Part shown: positions 40,251 to 50,762 of the stretch, piece by piece
How positions within the stretch are numbered: position 1 is the first letter of the stretch
Layout of the letters: every line of letters starts with the position of its first letter
Assembly: GCA_028534125.1 (NCBI GenBank)
Contig: JAPYYK010000093.1
Span: 1,054,001 to 1,118,000, forward strand
DNA length: 64,000 nucleotides
Direction of reading: 5' to 3'
Source: Lama glama
Lineage: Eukaryota
The notes under the pieces: model-generated
Databases searched by the model: none
What the model was told of the DNA's origin: nothing
Seen by the model: only the letters and a program-made list of their open reading frames with translations
Position numbers and translations under genes: made by a program

Positions 40251-42922
40251 AGTGACATGCAGACCCTCCGCTAGAGAGCTGAGCCTTCAGGCTAGTGTAA
40301 GTGAAAACAAGGAAGAGGTGAGCTCCCAGGGCTGGGCTGGAGGTGGGGGCTTCAGAACAGGGCCTTGGGTAAAGGGCGAGGGCGCCAAGCACCCCATGGG
40401 CCTCCCACACTGGGGTCAGACAGCTGGGTCTTTCCGTGACCGACCCCAGCCTTGGGGAGGGGTCCCCTTTCCTCAGCGCACTGGCAGGACTCCTGAGGGC
40501 AAGAGGAGAAGGGATGTATAGGCTTTGCACCCGCATCCTGTTGGAGAGCCCCTCAGCCAAAGAACGTGGAGCTGCAGAAGACGTGATGTCTGGGAGACCC
40601 TAAAAACGGTCTACAGAGTAAGGCTGGCACTGAGAACAGGGCCTGGGGCGGGGGCTCCAGGAGGACCCCTGTCCCCATTCTCTCCCACTGCCTGCCCCAG
40701 ACCCCTTTCCTTTTCCTTGGCTAGGTGATGGACAAATGGTGGCTTTCTGTGGGTGACGGGAGCTGCCACCTCATCCCTTGTCCCCTCGCAGTCACCTCTT
40801 CCCTTCCACCCGCCTTCTGTTTTCTAGCTCTTTCCCAGTCCTGGAGGAAACCCAGACTTCCCGAAGGTTCCCAATTCTTCCACAGAGTATGAGATCAATA
40901 AACATCGGGGTAAGAGTTTCCAGGCGACATGTCCTCCCTGTGACCATGGGCCTGGTGGGTTGACCAGAACTCTCCTCACTGCCCTCAGCCAGGCAGAAGG
41001 GGTGAGATGGTGTTGCCTGCCTGCGGTTGCTGCTCCTGACTGTTACAAGAGGGCCCTTGGGAGCTGCCCCCCAGCCCCACACATCAGTACATGAAACCCC
41101 ACCTCATGAGTAGCGACCAGGGCTTCAGGCAGAAGCCGCAGCGGTTTGCAGGGTGGTATCAGGGTGGACGTGGATGGGTGCCTTTGGAGGAGGCCATCTT
41201 GTTTAATCAAGTGAGGTGTCACCTTCAAGCCAAAGTGAATACAATAATCCCATTGCCTGACTGCAGGCAGATGCCAGGGACGCCTTCAGAATGTAAAGGA
41301 AAGTTCTTGTGGAGGTGAGCCCAGAAACTCCTGTGGAGTAGTCTGACCTTGCAATGGATTCTTTCCAGAAACATCACCGAGCCTCACTGGGGGCCCAGCA
41401 CCAGCCCGGTCTCTGCGTCGCCATTTGAGATGGGAAGAGACAGATGTCAAATAGGAAGAAGGGATGAGTGTGTGTGTGTGTTATGTGTGTACACACAGTC
41501 TGTACGTCCACATATTTGTATCTACATCTCTATGAAAAAGAAGGCAGGGAGAGGATCTGAGTGTGCCTGGGGGTGTTCAGATGCTGAGAGCAGACATCTC
41601 CACCCTATCCTGTCCAGCTGTCCCTGTAGCAGGCCTTAGCATGAGGACAGCAATACTGCCTGCCCCTACCAGGGTGGCTCAAGGTGCTCTAAGCCCCCAA
41701 CTCCCTTTAACCTGACAGGAGGTCGGGCATGTCCTGAGACCCCGTATGCATAGGCATCTCAGGGGAAAGGGCCACAGATTCAGTCCAGCCTTCCTAGGCC
41801 AGGACTAGGACCTGGTCACCTCTGAGGCTCCATGGCCGCCTGGATTTCAGCCCCATATCCTCCAGGTGTGCCTGTGTGGGATGGTGTGGGAGGCCATGGC
41901 CTTGTCTGCACTGCTCTGTTCTCCTGATACATGGCCACTGGGTGCTGGCACCTCCCACCTGGATCTGCCAACACCCCACAGATCACTCTCAAGGGGCACC
42001 CAGTTTCCCCAGTTCTCACATCACTGGTCCAGCTCCTGCCTTCCTGGATGGCAGCATGGATGGATATGCCCACCTGCTGGGGGCTTCCCCAGTGTTTCCA
42101 GTGACAGCCAGGCTGAGGCCCATCCAGTGCCCTCAGCTCCTCCTACCTGGCTGCCTCTGGGGTCTAGCCTGGGAGAATGTAGAGAGGGGACAATAGTAGA
42201 TGTCCCAGCCCTTGTGGCTGACAGGCCTCCTGTCCTCTGGTCAAACAGGAGAAGAGGGGGTGTTTATTCCTGCCATTCCCGCCTGCCCAGCCCTAGCGTA
42301 CTTCTGTTGGAGGCGTGGAGGCCTGGGTTTGGGGGGGGGGTGCTTCCTGCGGTGCAGCAAGAGATAAAGGGGCACGGGTAATAACAATGCCAATACTAAT
42401 AACATAATAATAATAATTATGCATGGTTTATTGAGCTCCTGCCATGTGCCAGATACAGTGGACCATCTCATGGAGAGAGGGCCAGGTCAGTCGATTGACC
42501 TGAACCCAACACAATCTCACTTAATTGCCAGTGCCCTTCTTGCAGGGTATCCGGTCACCCATTGTACAGAGGAAGAGATCCAGCACCCAGGGACTGGCTC
42601 TTCCTCTACACCGTTCGAGAAGGAATCTCAGACAATCCTAGAAATAGAAAGGTGCTGGGGCCTGATGGGGCACCCAGCAGGCACTGCCCACTTGGCTCTC
42701 CAGTCAGCCTTCCAGCCTCGGATGCCTTCCTGTGCTGTCACCTGCTGGCTTGTATAGGCACTGCAGATGCCTTCCTGCCCCATCCTCAGCCCAGTCGCCT
42801 GTCTGGTGGCCCTGAATTCTCCTCTGGCCCCATCCTCGGATCCCCCCTGCACTCAACCTCTCCCCCATGTGGTGTGGAGAGCAGCCCTCACACTGCAGGT
42901 CCTGACTTGGGGACTTATCTGG

Positions 42923-43082
42923 CTGGGCCAGGACTAGGCTGAGGTGAATGGGAGCCTAGGGTTTAAAATATCAGAAGCCCTCACTCAGGTGCTGGTACTA
43001 CACTTGCACCAACCTAAACATGAATGCCTCCTCAAATCTGTGCCCTGGGTGCCTCACTCACCTCATCCTAGCCCCAGCCCTG
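42923..43082. mobile_element. hAT-Tip100 MITE (MER96-like) with long terminal inverted repeats
   Basis: ctgggccaggactaggctgaggtgaatg ... cactcacctcatcctagccccagccctg; the ends are imperfect reverse complements. Confidence 0.7.
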
Positions 43083-44290
43083 CTACTTAGGTCCAGGAGG
43101 CAGATATAGAACCACTGCCCTACCCCTGCTCCCATGCCAGCAGGCTGGAAGCCCCAGAAAGCCAAGTAATGGGAGTGTGGGCCCCTCCCTGGCAGAGATC
43201 GCCAAGACGCTCTTCACCCCGAGGAGGCTGAGAACAGATTATGAGCGACTTAAGGGACTTAGCAGCAGCTCAATAACAGGTCAATAAGGTGACACTCTGA
43301 AGCCCCTAATGGAGGAGGACAGAATTCCTGCCATAAATCCCTGCAGGTGGGTCAGCCCCAGAGTCTGTGTGTGAACCTGCCAGGACACTGGCAGGCAGAA
43401 GCAAAGCCCGTTTAACTCCTCCCAGGAACCCCATAGCCTGGGTACCACTTGTGCCCTCATATTATACGTGGGGGAACTGGGCACAAAGCACTAGGGTTAC
43501 TTAGCATGCAGCAGGGCCTGGATTTGACCCCAGCTGAGCTAACCCCAGAGCTCACATCCAAGACTCCCAAAGAAGGAATGTTCTCTGAAGACAGAGCTGT
43601 CCCTTCCCTCACCACTCACTCATTCTCTTCAGTCCTTCCGAACTCCTCCAAACCAGGCCCCAGCTGGACTCTGGGGCTGAGGGGCACCTACAGGGGGCTG
43701 GCCTCGGAAGAGTCCCACCCAGCACGAGAGTCAAACAACAATGCTGACAGCAACAATTCACCCCTCACTAGGAGGTGACAAGAGGCACGGGCAAGGTGAC
43801 AGGGGAATTCAGAGGAAGAAACACCCCTTCTGAGTAGGGATAAGGCAAGGCTTTCGTGGTGCTGGGCCTTGTGCTGGGTTTGGACACAAGTTGAGGGGGG
43901 TTTCAGGCTGGGCAGGGACAAGGCTTAGGGGATGATGGACTTCCTCACAGCCATGACACAAGTGATGGAGATCTCACCAGATGACCCCTACAAACATGGG
44001 GCGCCTACATTGCGCTGGGCCAACCCTATGTGCCATAAGCATTGTCTCTTACTGACTACCCTTGTCTTCCACACTGGTGCTGGTGGGGAAGTGGGTCTAT
44101 CAGACAGCTCTGCGAGGATCACCAGGCCAAGGGTGCTGCTGAATGACTCCCCCAGAAAGACCACACCCTTCTCCACTATGCCAAAGGGACCCAGGAGGCC
44201 TGTTTCCATCCGCAAGGGTAACCTCCCCAAGCCTCAGTGGTGAGTGGACCAATTTCCCTTGGCAAGAGTATTCTGGAGCTCTTCCCAATG

Positions 44291-44309
44291 TGACCACCAG
44301 GTGGCGGTG
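44291..44309 (+). promoter_or_regulatory. CTCF motif TGACCACCAGGTGGCGGTG
   Basis: Close match to the CTCF core CCASYAGRKGGCR. Confidence 0.55.
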
Positions 44310-47300
44310 CAGGCCTAGATCATGAGCTCGGCATGTGGGGCCAATACTGGGGCGCTCTGAGTGAAATTTGGCCCTGAGGCTTTTTTCAGCAGTCTGGGTG
44401 GCTGGTGCACTGAAGCTGTTTGCTTCCTCCCTGTCAGAAGCAGGCTGGACTGGGGCTGAGTCAAGAAGACTTCACATGTCTGTGTCTTGAGACTCCAGAA
44501 CGGAGCCCGATACATAACAGGTGCTCAGGGCTATTCATTGAATGGAGGATTGATAAGTGGTCCTTCCCTCATGAGAATTAAATAAGATTTAATATATGAA
44601 AGCACGTGGAGTCTTCAATAAACGTATGTGCTTACTTGAACTTTTATTATGGAGGATGGGTCTTCCCAGAACAATCCCCAAAGATCTCCCCTATGCATAT
44701 TTTGGAAGGTCTAGGCTGCGGGCCCTGACTTGGTATCTAGTCACTTCTCCCAGCAGGGGATAAAGGCTGAACCCAAGGATTCACCAGTCAACAGAGCAGC
44801 CCTTGTGGGCATTTGAAGACAGGAGGGGTCTGTGCCAAACACCGAGGGTTGTTCAGGGACTGCCTCTCCCCTCAGCTTCACCAGGCAGCTTCCATAGGGA
44901 GGGAAGGATGCCAACCTTCCTGTCCCCAGGAGACAGGGCAGGCCTGCTGGCAGGTTCAGCTGGCTGGATGATGGGCATTCCCTCTGGTGGTCATGAGCTA
45001 AGCTCACAATATCTGCAGATCACTCCCTCCTGGAACTTTCCCACTGCCACTTGTGCCTGCACTGGGACTTCCGCTGTCAATGCCGTCTTTACCTCAGATC
45101 TTAGCTCCTTTCAGTGCCTACAAGGGCATTGCATAGAAAAATGATAAAGGAGACTTGTTTCCCCTCCCCCACTGTGAAGACTTCTTTCCAGATGAGATCA
45201 ATTAACTGTCCCACCTGTAGCCAGTTTTGAAGCTAGCTCTGTGGAATCCACGGCTGCTCGCTCTGGGCTGGGGATGGCAGGAACTGAAAGCAAGGAACAG
45301 GCAGCTCCCACAAAGTGGTAAGTGTCCACATGCAGCCTGACTGAGAAGCCAGCAGTGTGACTGACCGCACACCACCATCAAAACCGGGTGTGACTCATGG
45401 ACAGTCAGCCTCCCACTGTGGGTGCACATGCCATACACCCCAGTGACCTCTGCACAAAGACCCTGGGACAACTAGACTCAGCCAAATGCTCTTTGCTCCA
45501 TGAACCAGCTGGTCTGAATCTCAACTAATCCGCTAGTGACTAGAGATAAGGCCCTAAATTTCTTGACTCAGTTTCCTCCTCTGTAAAGTGTAAGACAGGC
45601 CCTCCCTCTTAGAGTCAGAGAGAAATAATAAAAAGAAAAAAACAGACACAATGCAATGGCAGAGCCAGACCTATTTTTGGAAACCTGCAGAGAGAGCTCC
45701 GGTTATACTGGAGCCCACACTGCATGTAAGCTTTGGGGAACACCTGCAAAAAAAGGTTCCCATTTAGACTGGAGCCCACTTTCTAACGCCCAGACTTGGT
45801 TACTTATCCCCATGGGTAGGAGCTGATTGGTGGGTTCTTATGCAAATGAGGGGTACTGTGAGGTAAGTTTTGATTGGTGGATATACTGAAAGTGAAAGGG
45901 GCATGTCTGAAAAGAGGGCCAGGGATGAACTTTCCCGCCAGTAGTCCTCACTCAGGTCGGGGGAGGTGGAAGTTGTTATGCCGATAAATTATGCTAAAGG
46001 ATAAATGCTGATTGGTGGGTTTTGCAGAAGGTGGAAGTTGATACTTGCTATTGGCTCCGCTTGTCCCGGCAGATGGGCGAATCAGAGGCTAGTTGTGTCT
46101 GTCACCCACTACTTGATAGGATTAAGAGTTCGTATTTGTAGAGGGCCTAGAACAGTGCCTGACACACAGGAAACACTAGGTAATTATTTGCTAATTTAAC
46201 ACGCTGAAGATTCAAAGTGTGGCCCAGGGGCTACAGGGCCTTCACAGGAGTGGGAGACTCTGAATCACAGTAGACTCAGCCTTCGGGCAGCCCTGGGGCC
46301 ACAGGGGCTGCCGGTGCACCTGGTTCAGGTCATATGTTCTGGCTCAGCCTCTGGTCTAAACCCTCCCTTGCGGCCCAAGTTCTAAAGTTACCTCTGCCCA
46401 GGAGCACATGTGGTCCCACCAAGCCTCCCACTACCAGGCAGGGGCAGGGCCATGCGGCAGTCCCCTGCTCCAAACCCAGCCTGATCTGGGGCCTCCTGAA
46501 AACACAGCCCAGCCTCTGGGATCCAGCCTGGGAGGGATAAGTGGGAACAGCTGGGGCAGGAGAGAAAGGTCAGGGCTTGAGCTCCGGGGACAGAGAGCCC
46601 TCTGATCTGACTCCACTTAGCCACCTGAATGGTCTTCCACTGGGGAAGGATGGGATCCCTCAGGTTCCTGACAATTCCTGAAAACCAGCAGATGGTAGAG
46701 GCTACTAGTCCCATTCCCCCTTTACAAGAACCCCAGCCTGGCTTAGGGCCCTGGAGCCTGGGAGTCCACAGGCCACAGAGGAGGGGCTGGTCCCTTGCCC
46801 TGTCTCATGCTCTGTCCAGCTCAGAGATGCCAGCTGCCTTCCCCATCCCCAGGCAAGAAACAGGGTCCTTCCTGCAACCTATAGCCCCCAAAGTCAGTTA
46901 CCTCCCTTCCTCCAAGTCCTACAAGTGTGCCCACGCAGTCCTCCTGGCTGGCCATCTTTTCCCTGGGTTCCCAGCCATGCCCCACTCACCGCTGCCCCCA
47001 CAGCACCTCCATCCTCCACTCACAGGCCTGCAAGGCTTCTCCTGAACTCTGGAACCCCCTAGTTTGGCTTCCAAGTCCCTCAGTCTGCTGCCTCCATTCT
47101 GCCCAAGCCATCTGCTCAGACTGCAGCCAGTCTCCTGCCTCTGCCCTCTTGCCCCAGGCCTGGGCCAGGGTTATAGCCCCCTGCGCCTGGCTGGGCCTTG
47201 CCCGGGTGGGCAGCAGCCTCCTTCCCTGCTTTCCACCCAGCTCTCTGGCAATTACCCGAGTGATTAATTTGGTAATTAATCATGCTCTGGCTGCCCAGGT

Positions 47301-47835
47301 CGCTTTTCTTCTGCTGGCCTGGTCTGGAATATAGATCTGCTCGGCTTTACTTTTCCTGGGAGGGTGGGCTGAGTGCTGGAGACCGGAGGGATGGAATTCA
47401 CTCTGAGTCCCATTGCCCACCCCAGGTCCCGCCAGGCACATGAGGCTGCTTGTAAAAGCAGTCAGGATGAGATTTAGCTGCATGAGGGATGCTGAGACTG
47501 AGTGCTGGGCACTGGAGGAGAACTATGGTCACGATGCTCAGTGAGCTCTTGGCCTCTTGAAGCCTCCAGACAGCCCGAGTCCCCCTGTCTGGTTGGAGGA
47601 ACAAGGTAGCCTCCTGACAGATGCACCGTTTCAGACGGGCTTTCAGCAGCAGTGGGATTTGGTGGCTCAGGAGAAACTGAGTCTTGGTGCCTGGTGACTT
47701 TGGGCGGGTCCAACCCCGGTGGCCCTGACCTTGCTGTGGGCTCCAGTGGGGCTAGCCACCAGAGGTGTGGCCCTGCAGGTACAGCTACCAGATGCACCTC
47801 CAGGACGGGGTCCCTCCGGAGCTGGCTCTGTGGCA

Positions 47836-48065
47836 TTGATTGAAATGCCCCCCTGCCAATTAGGGTTTTTTAAAGAAAGGTATAATGATCCCTAATTGGC
47901 ACCCTCATTAGATGCCAATTAAACACTTAAGGATTTCTTACAAGTTTAACGCATTAATAAGGCAGCTCATTACATGGTAACGAGATTTATTTCTCATATT
48001 TATTATATTGTTTCATCACTGCTGACAGCCGAGTTATTTTTACAAACATGGCTTCTTACTGATTG
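47836..48065. promoter_or_regulatory. AT-rich, homeodomain-motif-dense enhancer-like block
   Basis: Three TGCCAATTA copies plus further TAAT/ATTA cores in non-repeat sequence within GC-rich surroundings. Confidence 0.5.
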
Positions 48066-48859
48066 CTTGCAGTTCTGTTCCTACCTGGCCTCAAACAACA
48101 TCCTTTCCTACCAGGGCTTTTCCTTGAGCCTTGGTCTCCAGTCCCCCACCAGGTCCTCCCTGGCCTCTTTTGGTCCAGCCTCCCAGGGGTGAGTCAAGCT
48201 AGCCACCTTCTTTCCAAAGTCTGGAAGGACCAGAGCTGGGCCCTGCAGCAGAACACAGACTCCGAAGGGTTTCAGAGACCAAGAGCCTTGGGGTACCTCT
48301 GTCCATTGCACCAAACTGCATTCCAGGAGCACAGGTGGGATGCAGGGAAGAGTGCTCCCTGCTTTCAGGGCAGGGGCACAGCAGCCAGGGGAGGACGAGG
48401 GGGTCCTTTGAGGCTGTCCCCTGGAAAAGGAGGAGGGCTGCAGGCAGAGGGAACCTTGCTGAGACCAGGGGGCTTGGAGAGGTTTGGAATTACAGCGAAT
48501 GGGCAGCTGGCAGAAGCAGACCCTTAAAAGTCATGGTGGGGCTTTGCGGTCCATGGTAGGGATCTGGCTTCCATCCAGAGGGTGACAGGGAGCCATGCAG
48601 CATTTTGAGCAAGGAGGGATGTACCAGATCTCTGTTTAGAAACATCAAAAGGAGGATGGACCGGAAGGGAACAGGGAATAAACATGATGTCCCCCTCGTG
48701 CCTGCTAGATTCCCGGTGAGCTCCCCTTGGCCAGACACATCACCAAGAGGGCAAAGTGGATGCCACCAAGCAGCTCAACTTCGTAGGATGTGTGGGAGAT
48801 GGGGGCTGAGCATTCTGAAGGGCACCAGCAGGGTTCCAGAACACTTATCCTTCTTTTAA

Positions 48860-49770
48860 AGAACGTAAAGTTAACAGCCTAAACATACACCACATCTTGT
48901 TCATACATCACCTCGTGTGGCACTGCCTCACCCTCCTCCGTTTTAATAGCTGCATAGTACTTACGGTGAGGATGCTCAGTATTCACTCAGCCAGGCTCCT
49001 CAGGGTAGGCTGCTTCCAATCGATTACTCTTAGAAACATCACACAGCGAATACATTGGGGAGGGATTTCACAGGCTTGTGAGTTTATCTGTAGGATAAAT
49101 TCCTAGAAGTGGGCAGTGCTAGCCCAAAAGATCTATGTGCATTTTTAATTTTGATAGATATTGCCACGTTGCTTTCATGGAGGTCACACCATTTATCCTC
49201 TAAAAAGCAACTCACTACAAGTTTCCCCTGTGCTGACCAGAAATGTGCATCGACCTTTCACAACTTCGTCTGTTTAATCTGCATTTCTCTCAGAGAAATG
49301 AAGTTGAGCATCATTTCAGCAGTCAAGTCTTTTGGATTCCCTTTTGTGTAACTCTGTGTGCCTCTCCTCTGCCCATTTTCAGTGGGATTGTGGGTGTTTC
49401 CCTTCTAGGTTTATAGGGGCCCTTTACCCTTTATCTATATGAAATTAGTAGTTTTCCCCTCAGCTTGTTGTTTGTCTTTAAACTTTGATTTTTTCCCCAT
49501 ATGGAAATGTTTGATTTTCATGTAGTTGAGTGTATCCAATTTTTTCTCTCATGGCTTTTCTATTTTTTTGTTATACTTATAAAAGGTCATATCAGATTAA
49601 AGCTGTACAAAAACCCCTTGTTTTCTTCTAGAAATTTGCTCTTTATTCTTTAGTCCATCTGGCTTTGATCCAAGTGGAATTGGTGTTTGTTTTAAGGTAT
49701 GAGGTATGGAACCAAGTTCATTTTTTCCCTCCAGATTATCATGCAGTGATTTCAACATCATCTATTCTTG
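48860..49770 (-). mobile_element. Old L1 (L1ME-like) 3' fragment
   Basis: ggataaattcctagaagtggg, ttttaattttgatagatattgcc, ttaatctgcatttctct, ctgcccattttc, gtatgaggtatggaacc: antisense L1M 3' features. Confidence 0.75.
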
Positions 49771-50743
49771 GAGGTTACTCTTGGCTGAATGATTATTGAG
49801 ACTTTAGGAAATGTACCACTGGGGAAATAGCATGGTCTGTGGTGGGTGGGGAGGGGCAAACTGTGTCAGGAGACCAGCCCTAGTAGGACAGGATGGCAGG
49901 GTAGGATGTACCAGGAGGTTGAGAAAAAAGAAGAAAAAGTCCATTTGATGGGATGTATTTGATTTTTTTTCCCCCTTGGACTCCAAGAAGTTCATTTTTG
50001 GTACCAAGTTTTAACTTTGCTTGCCACATCATAATTCCTTCAGTGGATTTGGTGACCTTGAAATAACCTTGATGCCAGCAGAATTGTGGGGAATTGAGGA
50101 GTAGCAGGAAGGGAAATCTATTCCTTCCTGAGGACCCTCTGTTGAGGCCAATTGGCCGAGGCCTTTGGGTCCTAAACAAGCCCTTTCCCCCTCACCCAGC
50201 TCTGGAGAAGGGAGGAGAGTTACTACAACACCGGTGGGCACTGAGGAGAGCCTTATGGGACTCACTTCAGGTCCTACAAAGAGAACCAGCTGCATTTATG
50301 AGTGAGGCAAGGACAGGACAGGCAGGGCTCAGCTGGGCTGCACCCACCTCTCTGCTCCCCCTTCTCCCCACTACCCTCCCAGCTCCCACTCCTTCCCCTC
50401 TTCTCTGCCATTAAGATCCATTAGGCGTGGCCCTGGATGTCCTTCAGGCCCTAGGTCCTCCCTTAATACAGTGGAGGCCAAACAGGCCATCTCTGATGCC
50501 AGATCTGCTTTGAAGGCATTCTGGAATGTTCTGATGGGCATATGTCTGAGAGCATTTTGGGAGGCTCTGATCCAAGGCAAATGAAGGCCCATATTCCCGG
50601 CCAGGATACTAGTGGAGGACTGGCGGGGGCCGGGGGCGGGGGGAATGTATATCTGACTCACCTGTGCCTCTGCCCCCAAACGTAAGGCATGCCCTTCCCT
50701 CACCTCCTTCTGGGAATTGCAATAGCAGGTGCTTTGCCTCTTT

Positions 50744-50762
50744 CAACCACCAGGTGGCAGCA
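50744..50762 (+). promoter_or_regulatory. CTCF motif CAACCACCAGGTGGCAGCA
   Basis: Close match to the CTCF core CCASYAGRKGGCR. Confidence 0.55.
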
